A DNA stretch of 64,000 nt from Octopus vulgaris. Taxonomy: Eukaryota. A program made the position numbers and the translations under genes. The notes under the pieces are model-generated. The model had not been told where the DNA came from and ran no database searches. It worked only from the letters and a program-made list of their open reading frames with translations. Shown in pieces: positions 27,947 to 40,872 of this stretch. The DNA lies in NCBI GenBank assembly GCA_951406725.2, contig OX597822.1:57722001-57786000 (forward strand), written 5' to 3'. The number at the start of each line of letters is the position of its first letter. Position 1 is the stretch's first letter.

Positions 27947-29195
27947 GATGTGTACGTTGTTGTCGCTACTGTTATTTATCTTCAGGTCAAGCCTAATCTA
28001 GAAGACATGTATAGCAAAGGCGTCTTGTTGGGATCATCCCACTTTTTGAGGGGGTATCTACCATCATCATTTAATGTCCATACTCCATGCTGGTATGAGT
28101 TGGATGGGTGTACAGCTTATCTAATGTATCCTCTTTTTAAAGATGACCTGAGGGAAATTTGACTGTTATTTCTATCCGGTTAAGTGAATGCACAAAAGAT
28201 CTTTCATTGGCTCGTATGTATGTACGTGTGTATGTGTGTGCATGCATGTGCTTGTGTGTGTGTATGTGTGTGTATGCATGCATGTGTATGTGTGTGCATG
28301 CATGCATACATGTGTGTGTGTGCATGTGTGCAAGTGTGAATGTACACACGCACACACACACACACACATGTATTTACGTTTGCATGGTTGTAGGAAAAAA
28401 TTAGCAAGAACAAGAAAAGGTTGGAAGAAGTTCAGGAGTTGAGTTGCTATTCTTGTTAACAACAAAAGACCTCTCTTTCCCCCTCCACTCTTTGCCCCAC
28501 TTCCCCCTCTCTCTCTGCAAAAAAAGCAAACTGTATGAAGCTTGTGAAAGACGTATAATGTTGCACTGTAGCAAAAGATCTGCACAGATTTATTTTTCTC
28601 ACTTGTTGGCTCTGGAGAAAAAGGGTAGTGCCAAAGACCTCTGCAGGCCTTCTTAGACTGGTGAGATTGATAATGCTATAAATGATCCCCTTGAAATTTC
28701 ATAAGTCAAAAGACATGAGCAGGGAAGGAATTCCAAAGGACCATTGTCATGGAGTGAGGGTGCACAGTAAGTGTAATAAGAGAGGAAAAAAGGGAGATGA
28801 GAATGCCTGAGTTGAGACTACATGAGCTCAGCCAGTTCTGGAGAGCAGAGGCCATTATAAGCAAGAAATATGTTGAGTTAAAGCAGTTGGATGTGTAACA
28901 TTAAGACTTTTTGTGTTCTTAGCTAAAATTAAATGCACTTAGTTTCGGTTGATTTTTGAAAATAGTTAAGAATTTTGAGGGATTTAATGAAATAAATAAC
29001 ACACACACACACACTTACATTCTCACAGCAGATATGATTGTCATCATCATTTAACATCTACTTTTCCAAGCTTGCATGGGTCAGACAGAATTTATTAAAG
29101 CAGATTTTCTACAGCTGGATATCCTTCCTGTTGCTAACTCTCGCTTATTTCCAAGAAATGTAATATTTCCCCATGGTCAAACATGTTTTTCACAG

Positions 29196-29232
<37 letters not shown>

Positions 29233-31040
29233 CATGTGTGTGTGTGTGTGTGATGGGCTGCTTTCAGTTCCCATCAACCAATTCCACTCACAAGCTCTTG
29301 GTCAGCCCAGGCCTCAGTAGAAGACACTAGCCCAAGGTGTAGCACAGTGGGACAAAACCACAAAACCCAAGAGCACATGACTGAGAAGTAAGCTTCTTGA
29401 GCACAAGCATCACACACACACACACATGAATGTATGTATATTATTGCAACTGAAATTATGATTTTACTTACTTGCAAACAACACACATATCACACACACA
29501 CACACCACAAAGGTATACACCAGACACAACACACTGTACACATAAATCATATACAGACACACACAATACATCCTGCAGACAAAATTATGATCACACACAG
29601 GTATACACCACACAAACACACACACATACACACACACACACAGCAGTGCAGATGAAATGGCGTATTTATTCAGTGCCAGCTCTGTGGCAATGCAGCAGTA
29701 GAGAGATAAATAACAAAATATTGACAAAGTGCAACGCAAAAAGAACTATTGGGTGTAGTTTCATCAAAAAGTTAGAGCCAGGCGCTAACAAAAGATACAT
29801 AAATAAACAAGATTGTGACAAATAACTGTTAATGAATTGGTAAGGTGTGATACAAACTTTTATCTCCATGAACATTGGTTCAATGATTTATTTACGTTTC
29901 AAGTCAGACAGTTGGCAGTGACTGTGGCAGGCAGAGTAAACAAAATAAAAATATTATATTATATCATATTATATAAAATATGATATCACAAAACTTTAAA
30001 TGATCCGCAGGCTGTAGGCTTCAATTTCGTTAGTTATTGCCCAAATGATGAATTAGCAAGGGAACATCTATGTAGTTACCCAACCTACTAGAAATAGCAA
30101 CTAAATCTCATCTCAAATCCTGCATCCTCATATCAAATTCTATGTCATCATCCCCATCATTGTCATCATCATCTTCATTGTTTTCCTCCTCATCATCATT
30201 TCCCGTCTATTTTCCATGCTGGCATGGGTTAGATGAGTTGTCAGGCTCTGAGTCATTTCATATTGGGAGCTATTACTCCAAAAGATTGTTGTTCATAAAT
30301 GTCATGGGATCTGGTTTCCACAGCTGGATGCCCTATCTATAGCCAACTACTTTACAGAGTGTATTACGTACATTTTCTTGTGATAGCAACACTAGAGTAC
30401 TCGGTGATCTAAGGCAAATGGGCCGAGGAAAGGAAAAGGACAGGAAGCAATGATAGCAGGAAAACCCGAAATAGGTAGTTGAGGTAGAGAGATAGGAGTG
30501 TATGTGTAAAGAGTACACAAACGTCTTAGGATGTTCATTGAAAGGGTCAAAGGAACAAGAGTATGATGGGAAAGGCAGAGGTGAACAAAGATATGGTTGG
30601 GTAATGCGATAAAGGCAAAATTAGGGGTTGAACAGCAATAGAGATGACCCAGGAGTGAGAGTGCTAGCTGTAAGTAGTACGGCAGAGTGAAGCTAGAAGT
30701 GCATTGGGTAGAGAGAAAGAGTGGGATCCAATGAAGCCACCTTATAACTGGGCCTAGAGAAATGTAAGGAGGTAAGAGTTAAATGGAGTAGATGATGTGA
30801 TCTGCACAAGTGTTCAGAAACAAGAGATGGAGGGTGTCTGTAAGTGGTAAGGAGACAGGAGTCATGGAGGGAAAGTCAATGCATGTGTGTGTATGTGTAT
30901 GTGAGTATAATAAAGTAGTGAGATCCAACATGAATATAAATTGCATGTTTGTTATTTTATAATAATTACTGGTATCCTTATATATTACTATATTTTATAT
31001 CTTATATGTAAAGCATAATATGTTATATATTATATGTGAA

Positions 31041-31373
31041 GGCGCATGGCTCAGTGGTTAGAGCGTTGGGCTTACAATCGTGAGGTTGTGAGCTTGAATC
31101 CCAGACCGGGCTGTGCGTTGTGTTCTTGAGCAAGACACTTTATTTCATGTTGTTCCTGTTCACTCAGCTATAGAAGTAAGTTGCGATGTCACTGGTGCCA
31201 AGCTGTATTGGCCTTTGCCTTTCCCTTGGATAACACTGGTGGCGTGGAGAGGGGAGGCCGGTATGCATGGGTGACTGTTGGTCTTTCATAAACAGCCTTG
31301 CCCAGACTTGTGCCTGGGAGGGTAACTTTCTAGGTGCAATCCCATGGTCTGTGTCATGACCAAAGGGGATCTC
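31041..31373 (+). mobile_element. tRNA-derived SINE with CORE-like domain
   Basis: A box tggctcagtgg, B-box-like gcttgaatcc, then gtgttcttgagcaagacactt. Confidence 0.75.
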
Positions 31374-31534
31374 AGAATATGTTATATGTATGTATATTAT
31401 TGTAATTATTAGTTTAGTAAATAAATAAGTTAACATAACATAATGTCTAAAAGTTGATGAACCATCTATTGATCCCCTCCATTTTCTTATTGCTATATAT
31501 ATATATAATCACAGCTTCCAAAAATATTACCCTA

Positions 31535-31760
31535 GTGTCATGGTATGCTCTAATACAAGCATCATATAATCTGCCCTTCATTCTGATGGAAAAGACCTTT
31601 ACTGCTAAAAGTTCCCAGAAATTTTTCCAGCCTGTTCTCACTCTGGCTACTATATGTTTTGGATAATCATCTCCCCTGCTAATTACATCTCTTAGATTGA
31701 GAAGCTATCAACTACTTCTAGTAAGCCATCTGAGTATTTAAGAGAATCTATTTCCAGTGT
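31535..31760 (-). mobile_element. Old RTE RT C-terminal remnant
   Basis: RTGWKNFWELLAVKVFSIRMKGRLYDACIRA parallels RIAWAKFRELLPLLVTKGLSLRVKGRLYDVCVRT of the intact ORF. Confidence 0.75.
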
Positions 31761-32309
31761 GCTCAAAAGGCACAGCTATGCCCACCCTGTCTGTTGGAAT
31801 AACAGACAGGATGGACAGCTGGAATGTCTTTGATCATAGGTCTACTGGCTCAGAGCTCATCTAAATCTAAACAGCAATAACTATAAGTAATAATCTATCA
31901 TAATTGATCATTCACGTAGGAAGAACTGAACTGTGTACAATGAGGCAAGAGACTATTTGGATATCAAAGTTACAGTGAAACAACTTCTACTCCTAACGAT
32001 GACTTACACTATCATACGGTAACATATCTTGGTTATGGACACAACAGAATAATCGTTGATATTCTTTAACCCTAGACCAGCTCTGACTCAATAGACTTAT
32101 GATAAAAGACATTATCCAGTATGTTCTTTCTACTTTTTTTATGAAGGTAGAGTGTGAATATAAGACTAATTTGGCTGCTATTTCTAGCAGGTCAGGTAAC
32201 TAAGGAACAATATGTAGAATAGTGAATGTTTCTGGTTACTGGGTAAGTATTCTATCCAGTCACCCAACCATAGCTCTATCACTCTACTATTTAATAAAAC
32301 AAAACAAAA

Positions 32310-32682
32310 ATAAAAAAGAGCACTCAGAGAGCACAAACCTCTGCCAAGGCAACACCAACATCCTCTCAACGATTAGCCAGAAAGGATTTTTTAAATGAGA
32401 ATATCTGAAATATACTCGACTGCTCTCACAAACAAGAATACTAAAAATGAACCTGACTGCTCTCAAAAATTAAGTAAAAGACAGGGAAAATAATCCAGAA
32501 TCCTTGTCTAGTACTGGATCAATCCCAAAATCTAATCAGTTCATGCCACTCACGAGGCCAAACATCCCTGAAAGTTTCATCCAAATCCATCCAGCGGTTC
32601 TTGTGATATCTTGTCCACAGACAAACATACAAACAAACACAACTGAAAACAATAACTCCGCCTTCACTAAGGCAGTGGTAAT
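32310..32682 (+). mobile_element. Helentron-associated (HINE/DINE-like) short repeat
   Basis: Subterminal cctctgccaaggc, aagtttcatccaaatccatccagcggttc, an ACAA/ACAG microsatellite, and the terminal stem-loop ctccgcctt-cact-aaggcagtgg. Confidence 0.5.
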
Positions 32683-33310
32683 AGATAATGTAATAAATTA
32701 AAGGAGGTGGATGACAAAAAAGACAGTGAAGGGGATTTAAAATGATGCCTAATGAGAACTGAGTTGACCTGGGGTTAAACAATAACAATACTACTAGAGT
32801 GAAGCAGTGAATCACTCAACTAACTTAACAAAATCCTTATGCATCATTAAAGCACCTCTTGAAATAGTAGCCAAATTTCCTAGAAATTACACACCTATGC
32901 ATTCAAAAAAGGAAGCACATATTAGACCTTGTAGTCCTAGATATACTATGAATGAAAACAAAAACAACAACACTGAATGATGAAATATTCTCACTTATAT
33001 CATAAATCTCTTTGGAGAATGACCACATGTCAGAGATGAGTAACCGATTGTTTAGTATTTGTGGTAGGGGCTCAGTTGTAGTGGTGAGTAAACACATGCT
33101 ACACATGAGAGGTGGAGGAGAACATCTAATTATAGACAGTGGGCTGCCACTTGTTGATAAATGGGTAAAAATAGATTGTACATCCAAACAGCAACATTGT
33201 GTTAAAAATAAAATAGAAGATTGGGCAACTTTCAGACTTGTTAGGTTATTAGAATGAGGAATTTGGCAAGCTGCACTTCTCGGGTGGGGTTGGAATGGGA
33301 GGGATAGAGC

Positions 33311-33348
<38 letters not shown>

Positions 33349-35471
33349 TACAGAGAGAGAGCATATCAGGATATGTAGGTGTATTTATATGTCTAAAGAA
33401 ATAAGTCTATGTATGAGAATGTTTTAAGTATGCATATGAATGTACAAGAGTGAGACAGATATATAAAGTGAGTGAGAGGAAATGTGTGTGTGTGTGAGTG
33501 AGAGAGAGAAAGAGAGAGTATGTGTGTATAAGAGAGAAAGAAAAACAAAAAGAGACAGCAAGCAAGCTGTTGTATTAACTGCAATGCACATAAGAGAATT
33601 TGTTTCTCCTTATTGTTTTGTCTGCATAATTGAACCTGGCAGACTACAACTGCAGTATTCAATGATTTAAAATTACTCTAGATGTCTTCATACACAATCC
33701 ACAAGCACCTGTGCGTACTTTCTCACTCACACACACACACACACACACACACACGCGCATACATGCACATAATTATTTTCGCATCTGTTTTTACTATGCT
33801 GATATGGGTTGACTAGGTCTGCAATATACAATCTTATCTCCGTCTTGCATCATCTTATCTCCAAGATCTACATTGCCAAATATTTACAAATCAGGAGCTT
33901 ATTAAGCTCATCTTTAGATTATATATTCCCAATATTTATATCTATATTAAGCTTTGAGTAGTTTTTATCAGTATCTGATGTCTTCTTCCTGGATGTATTT
34001 AAAGATATAATTAATGAAAATGTTAGCTTGGAGTATTGAGGAATATAGGTTCCAAGTTTGAATCTAGCCAAGGACTATACAGACACCAAGAAATAAAGCA
34101 GCTAGTAACTATCAAACAATGTATATATATTGCAAATATATGCAATATATAGGTACAGGTAAGGCAGCGAGTTGGCAGAATCATTAGCATGCTAGAAAAA
34201 ATGATTAGCTGCATTTCATCTGTCTTTACGTTCTGAGTTCAAATTCTGCTAAGGTTGACTTTGCCTCTCACCCTTTCACGGTCAATAAAATAAGTACCAG
34301 TTGATTACTGAGGTCAATGTAATTGATCAACTCCCTCCCCCAAAATTGCTGGTCTTGTGCAAAACTTTGAAAGCATATATAGGTGCAGGCATAGCTGTGT
34401 AGTTGAAAAATTCGTTTCTTAACTACGTGGTTTCAGGTTCAATCCTAGACAAGGCACCTTGAGCAAGTGCCATGTACCATAGCCTTGACCCAACCAAAGC
34501 CTTATGAATGGATTAAGTAGATATAAATTAAAAGAAGTAGTGTATGGGGGGAAGGCAGGTAGGGAGATGTATATTTATATGTGCTTCTTGTGTGCTTGTA
34601 CTTGTAGCAGTATTTGTTTACATTTGCACTTCTTTGAAAATCATGAGCTACAAATCATCCACAAGCTTTGCACCTTTGAAGATGTGTGAAATAGATCCCT
34701 TACTTGAAAAACAGGACAAGGTTAGTGACAGGAAAGGAAGGGCACCTGTCTGTAAAAACAATACTTCAATGTTCACCCCTGATGTCCCCTCCCTTTTTTT
34801 AACGACCTGTTCACTGTTCACTTCCTGTGCATTATTCTGTGTACTGTTCATGCATTTTTGGCTACTTTTTCTGATGAGTTGTTGTACACTGTATACAATA
34901 ATGTAATTATTATTATTTATTATCATAATGTATTCATCTAACACATACTAGCATGGAAAAATAAAACAAATGAATACACTCTAAATATGAAGTTAACAGA
35001 CCAGATAATTGTAATCTCGTTAATAACAGCTTATCCCAGTTATTTCTTATCTCAACTAAATCTGCCTTCTCTGCATATTATTTCTGTTCTGGTCAGAAGA
35101 GAGGATAATGGTCATGACCTTTACATTTCCCTCCAAGACTGGTGAGGTTATTGAGGATGATGCTTACCTCACCTTCTATAGATTAATGCCTAGAGAGAGG
35201 CCAGTTAGATAGGATTCTTTTTTTAAGTGTTTTGTATAGAGTTTTCAAAGGATAAGTGAGACACAATAAAGATACTGAGGAGAAGAGAAACCGGTTCATC
35301 AGATGAGGCTGGACAAGGGACAGTATAAAACTTAATAGTTTAGAGGAACAGAAGAAATTATAATTGTGGTAAAAAAGACCAAGTAGTGAAACTGCAGAAG
35401 AGATGACAAAACAATAACAGTAGAAGAGACTGGGACAAAACAGTGAAATATAAACCATATTGTTCTTCTAA

Positions 35472-35693
35472 CCCTTTTGTTACCAACCTGGCTGAAACTG
35501 GCTCTGGTTCTGTAGTACAAATGTCTTGTTTTAATATGTTTTGAATTAAAATTTTCCACCAAACCTTAGTCACAATTTATGTTCCTAACACTAGCTTAAT
35601 GATAACTAAGTTATTTTACTTGATACTTTGTTATATCTAAAATTAATTGAAAGAAACACAGAGCATCTCAACAGAAATACGGTAACAAAAGGG
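35472..35693. mobile_element. piggyBac-type MITE, family A
   Basis: Perfect 13-bp TIR CCCTTTTGTTACC / GGTAACAAAAGGG, flanked by CTAA and TTAA. Confidence 0.8.
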
Positions 35694-37493
35694 TTAAGAC
35701 CCTAACATTAATGACATGTTTGATGCCAAACTTAGGACTGTAATTATGAAACAAGATATGTGACTTCTCTATCATGATACATAATCCAAGTTCAAACTAG
35801 TCAATAGATGATGAGCATACCATACAACACTAATCATATGATATTTCTTACAATATTACATTTGTATTACCACATTTTACTTATATTTCTTACACATGCT
35901 TCCTACAGCCAGTCATTTATATTTTATAAAATCTAAATATAAATGCTTCTAATTCTTCAAAGGTTTTTAAGGACCAGCTCTTACTTAGTTCTGGCTTTAT
36001 GATGTAAGGTCGCTTGCAGGCAACCTTCCCACACACACACACAAATTATAACTATTTTCCAACAACTATGTAAACCAAAGCAATGAAGAATAAAGCACTC
36101 TGCCCCAGAAGCACAGCAAAATTTCTGTTAGAGATTTGAACTGAAAATCATTGAGCAGGGTAATCCAATCGGTTATTCATTATTCTAAAGATTAGCATAG
36201 CTTATTTGAAATACAGCTCACTGGGTCATAACTAATTCTATGAATAGCTATCAGAACTTATCTATTACTGATAACAAGTCAACTGAACACATTATTGTCT
36301 TCTTTTGATCAACGATCAGGCTGGTAATCAATTGAATATATCTGCTGTACCTAATGTTCTACTTTCATACTTAGTCTGTCTATAACTATTTCTTTCATAC
36401 ACACATACATCCAAACAAGATCCAGACTGTTGTCATTCACTTATCTAGTTTTCATGTATGTATATGTTCTAAGAGAATTTATAATACATTTTTATCTTAA
36501 CCAAAAGGTTAATTTTGGTTTTGAGAGCTGTATATATGAATGTATAGTGTAAGAAACTTATAATCATGGCTAATGTTATCAATCAGTTACTGTTATCACA
36601 ATGAGTCACAAACTGATCACAATAACAGGCTTCTCTAGTATGAACACACATATGCACACATATTTACAAAGAAAATGTTGATAGAGACTTCAAAGTTTTA
36701 CCACTCACTGACTTCATCAAACTGCCTGACAAAGCTAGCAAACACTGAAGCCTCAAAGTTACTGTCAGCCTTTTCCTCATAAAAATATATTTAACAAACC
36801 TATCTCATCAGGTATCTAGGTAAAAAAATGTTATTAAGTTATATATGTAACGCCTATCAAATATGTTGAGTGGCACTTTCTTCCATTTGTCCACTCCAAA
36901 AGAGGAAGTTACTTAGACATGTCAGACTATTGTCCAAATTATGAACATTTTTTCATCTACATACATATACATTGATAAACGTACACACATATGCAAATAC
37001 ACTTCATATAAATGTATACTTATGAAACATGACTATGTAGTCTTACACACAAATGACTTCATCAATTATGCAAAAAATTCTCCATTCTAATCAGTAAAGT
37101 GCTATGACATATACAAGGAATATATGTTTACAGATACTATAGAAAATTATATCTTAAAGAGCCAAAAAACTGCAATAAATGAGATAATCATGCAGCACTC
37201 ATAGCAAAACTTATATCATCATCGTCGTTTAACGTCCGCTCTCCATGCTAGCATGGGTTGGACGGTTCGACCGGGGTTCTGGGAAGCCAGAAGGCTGCAC
37301 CAGGCTCCAGTCTAAATTTGGCAATGTTTCTACAGCTGGATGCCCTTCCTAACGCCAACCACTCCGTGAGTGTAGTGGGTGCTTTTTACGTGCCACCTGC
37401 ACAGGTGCCAGGCGGGGCTGGCAACGGCCACGGTCAGATTGGTGTATTTTATGTGCCACCGGCACGGAAGCCAGTCGAGGCGGTGCTGGCATC

Positions 37494-37950
37494 GGCCACG
37501 AGTCGGATAGTGCTTTTTACGTACCACCAGACCAGGGATCCTGGCTGGTTCAATTCGATTTCGATTTCGCTTGCCCCAACATGTCTTCACAAGCAAAGGG
37601 GGTTGGCAAGGGTGCCTGTCGTACGGTCGCATTGGAGTATTTTACGTGCCACGGCCACGAGTCGGATAGTGCTTTTTACATACCATCAGACCAGGGATCC
37701 TGGCTGGTTCAATTCGATTTCGATTTCGCTTGCCCCAACATGTCTTCACAAGCAAAGGGGTTGGCATGGGTGCCTGTCGTACGGTCGCATTGGAGTATTT
37801 TACGTGCCACGGCCACGAGTCGGATAGTGCTTTTTACGTACCACCAGGCCAGGGATCCTGGCTGGTTCAATTCGGTTTCGATTTCGATTTCGATTTCGCT
37901 TGCCCCAACATGTCTTCGCAAGCATGGGGGGTTGGCATGGGTGTCTGTCG
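37494..37950. repeat. About 158-bp tandem repeat (about 2.8 copies) in the RTE 3' UTR
   Basis: ggccacgagtcggatagtgc recurs at 37494, 37653 and 37811 with near-identical units and a variable internal (ttcgat)n. Confidence 0.9.
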
Positions 37951-38034
37951 TCGGATGAGGTTCTATATCGACTTCGCTTGCCTCAACCGGTCTTTGTGTC
38001 CAAGGGAGGAAAGGCATTCATAAGTGGGCTGGGC

Positions 38035-40872
38035 TCACTTGTCCTGCCTGGTCTTCTCACGTACAGAATATTTCCAAAGGTCTCGGTCTCTGGTCATTTC
38101 CTCAGTGAGGCCTAAAGTTCGAAGGTCGTGCTTCACCACCTCGTCCCAGGTTTTCCTGGGTCTACCTCTTCCACGGGTTCCCTCAACTGCTAGGGATTGG
38201 CACTTTCTCACACACCTATCTTCATCCATTCTCGCCACATGACCATACCAGCGCAATCGTCTCTCTTGCACACCACAACTGATGCTTCTTAGGTACAACA
38301 TTTCTCTCAAGGTGCTAACGCTCTGTCGAGTATGTACACTGACATTACACATCCATCGGAGCATACTGGCTTCATTCCTCACGAGCTTACGCATGTCCTC
38401 AGCAGTCACGGCCCATGTTTCGCTGCCATGTAGCATGGCTGTTCGTACACACACATCATACAGTCTGCCTTTTACTCTGAGCGAGAGGCCTTTAGTCACC
38501 AGCAGAGGTAAGAGCTCCCTAAACTTTGCCCAGGCTATTCTTATTCTAGCAGTTACACTTTCAGCGCACCCACCCCCACTACTGACTTGGTCACCTAGAT
38601 AACGGAAGCTATCAACTACTTCTAGTTTTTCCCCCTGGAAAGTGACGGAAGTTGTTTTCTGCAGATTTTCGGAGGTTAATGCTCCCGAGCATCTGCCACA
38701 TACAAAAACTATCTTCCCAGTTAGCCTACCTTTGACATTGCTGCACCTCTTATGTGTCCATAGCTTACACTGGGTACATCTTATAGAGTTTCTACCTACA
38801 CCTTTTCTACAGATCGAGCAGGGCCATCTTCCTGAAGATATTTGTGGATTGTCTACCTTTCTACTTATTAGTACTTTGGTTTTAGCTAGGTTGACTCTAA
38901 GGCCCCTTGATTCTAAACCCTCCTTCCACACCTGGAACTTCTCCTCCAGTTCTGATAGTGACTCAGCAATAAGAGCAAGGTCGTCAGCGTAGAGGAGCTC
39001 CCAGGGACAGCCTGTCTTGAATTCCTCCGTAATTGCCTGGAGTACTATGATAAATAGGAGGGGGCTGAGTACTGAACCCTGGTGGACCCCAACCTCTACT
39101 TTGAATTCTTCTGTGTACATGTTGCCAACCCTAACCTTACTTACGGCATCTCTGTACATGGCTTGCACAGTCCTCACCAGCCATTCATCTATCCCTAGTT
39201 TCCTCATTGACCACCAGATAAGGGATCGGGGGACCCTATCAAAAGCTTTCTCCATGTCAACGAAAGCCAGGTACAGGGGCTTATCTTTGGCTAGGTATTT
39301 CTCCTGCAGCTGCCTTACCAGGAATATAGCATCAGTGGTACTTTTCCCTGGCACGAACCCAAACTGCATCTCATCTAAACTAACTCTCTCTCTAATTAGT
39401 TGGGCTATGACCCTCTCCGTAACCTTCATTACTTGATCCAACAGCTTGATACCTCTGTAATTATTTGTATCTAGGGCATCACCTTTACCTTTGTAGCAGT
39501 TGACTAGTATGCTGCTGCACCAGTCATTGGGTATGACTCCTTCGTGTATCACCTGGTTGACTATACGGGTGACTAGGTTATAGCCGACACTGCCAGATAT
39601 TTTGAGCATCTCTGCAGTAATTCCTGATGGGCCTGGGGCTTTCCCTGTCTTCATGCTTCTAATTGCCTTAGCTACCACGGAACTATCAACTCGGATAGCT
39701 GGTCCCTCTGTAGGGTCAACATTCGGCAGACTCTCTTTATCCCATTCATTTTCCTCATTCAGTAACCTTTCATAGTGGCGTCTCCAAGCTTCTCTCTTTG
39801 CATCCTCATTTAGCGCAAGTGAACCATCCTCCATGCGAACACATTTCTCTCCTACCACATCACGATTCTCTCTCACACACTGTCTTGCAACACGAAATAC
39901 CTCAAGTCTTTCATCCTCACGGCGCAGGACATTGGCAAATTTTCTCTTATCTGCTTCCCCTCTGGCTAGATAGACCTGTCTCCTAGCTTCCCTTCTGGCA
40001 GTCTGATACCCTTCCCTGCTACCACCGTTCTTCCAGGCCTTCCAAGCCTGTTTCTTTTGTCTAATAGCCCTGTCAACAATATTGTTCCACCACCACGTTA
40101 TTTTGGGTCTTAAGGGGACTTTGCACCAGCCACAGATCTGGTCAGCGGCTTTCAGCAGGTTGTCCCTCAGAAACGTCCAGTTGTCTTCTACCCCATGTGT
40201 AGCTATACCCCCTTCCACTTCGTCGAAGGCTTCAAGTAACATATCTCTAAATCTCTGTCCATTCGTAGGGGCTTTAAGCTTCCAGACCCTTCTTCTCCGT
40301 GTTGGTCGTCTTCTAGTCGCCCTCTTAGTCCTGATCCTAAAGTCACTAACTACCAGTCTATGTTGTGGGGTACATTCTTCGCCTGGGAAGGTTTTGGCAT
40401 TTTTAAGCAGCCATCTTTCCCTTTTTCTGGCAAGGATGTAGTCGATTTGGCTAATATGCCGGCCCGATCGGTAGGTGACCAGGTGGCTTGTTGGTTTCCT
40501 GAAGTTAGTGTTGCAGACCATAAGACTATTCGCATCGCAGAACTCCAGCAGCCTGGTTCCCTCCTCGTTGCGGGAACCATAACCGTAGCCTCCATGTACG
40601 CCATGGAAGCCCCCAGCATGTCGTCCAACATGCCCATTGAAATCACCAGCCACAAAGAGAAGGTCCCTGTCGTTCGTCGATGAGGTGGTCTGCAGTAGGG
40701 TGTCATAGAAACTGTCTTTCTGTCCATCGGGTAGCCCTGGCTGAGGGGCATAGGCCGATATAATGGTTGCTAATCTATTATGAAGCACTATTCTAATCTT
40801 AAGTATTCTGTCACTTACTCTGATTACCTCAACTACTCTATCTATCCATTTCTCAGCGATAAGTATACCCAC
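38035..40872 (-). CDS. LINE ORF: partial APE endonuclease, reverse transcriptase with internal PHD-like zinc finger, RTE-type C-terminus (945 aa; true N-terminus lost)
   Basis: APE motifs GDFNGHVG, SQIDYIL, QHRLVV. RT motifs KAPGPSG, NYRGIKLL, QFGF, FVDMEKAFDRV, GVHQGSVLSPLLF, YADD (38980-38991), FRYLG. C-terminus RRLRWYGHVARM...RGRGRPRKTW. The GTG start is only the ORF-caller's start. Confidence 0.93.
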   Translation of the reverse strand: MGILIAEKWIDRVVEVIRVSDRILKIRIVLHNRLATIISAYAPQPGLPDGQKDSFYDTLLQTTSSTNDRDLLFVAGDFNGHVGRHAGGFHGVHGGYGYGSRNEEGTRLLEFCDANSLMVCNTNFRKPTSHLVTYRSGRHISQIDYILARKRERWLLKNAKTFPGEECTPQHRLVVSDFRIRTKRATRRRPTRRRRVWKLKAPTNGQRFRDMLLEAFDEVEGGIATHGVEDNWTFLRDNLLKAADQICGWCKVPLRPKITWWWNNIVDRAIRQKKQAWKAWKNGGSREGYQTARREARRQVYLARGEADKRKFANVLRREDERLEVFRVARQCVRENRDVVGEKCVRMEDGSLALNEDAKREAWRRHYERLLNEENEWDKESLPNVDPTEGPAIRVDSSVVAKAIRSMKTGKAPGPSGITAEMLKISGSVGYNLVTRIVNQVIHEGVIPNDWCSSILVNCYKGKGDALDTNNYRGIKLLDQVMKVTERVIAQLIRERVSLDEMQFGFVPGKSTTDAIFLVRQLQEKYLAKDKPLYLAFVDMEKAFDRVPRSLIWWSMRKLGIDEWLVRTVQAMYRDAVSKVRVGNMYTEEFKVEVGVHQGSVLSPLLFIIVLQAITEEFKTGCPWELLYADDLALIAESLSELEEKFQVWKEGLESRGLRVNLAKTKVLISRKVDNPQISSGRWPCSICRKGVGRNSIRCTQCKLWTHKRCSNVKGRLTGKIVFVCGRCSGALTSENLQKTTSVTFQGEKLEVVDSFRYLGDQVSSGGGCAESVTARIRIAWAKFRELLPLLVTKGLSLRVKGRLYDVCVRTAMLHGSETWAVTAEDMRKLVRNEASMLRWMCNVSVHTRQSVSTLREMLYLRSISCGVQERRLRWYGHVARMDEDRCVRKCQSLAVEGTRGRGRPRKTWDEVVKHDLRTLGLTEEMTRDRDLWKYSVREKTRQDK

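Noticed and set aside
28137-28585. Cys/Val/His/Thr-rich ORFs (also near 4972-5438, 29434-29825, 52026-52468, 52738-53209)
   Set aside because: Translations of (CA)n/(TA)n microsatellites.
31041-31113. tRNA-like sequence
   Set aside because: A and B boxes are present, but there is no acceptor stem and it continues into a SINE body.
35163-35260. Strong minus-strand donor (gag|gtaagc) in the giant intron
   Set aside because: No ankyrin-like open frame or clear acceptor upstream, and the protein is already colinear without it.
37494-37950. Regular direct repeats resembling a CRISPR array (also 61665-61794)
   Set aside because: Whole units repeat with no unique spacers, there are no cas genes, and the context is a eukaryotic LINE 3' UTR.
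37258-38242. Several 70-190 aa ORFs
   Set aside because: Translations of the tandemly repeated 3' UTR or the antisense strand of the LINE.
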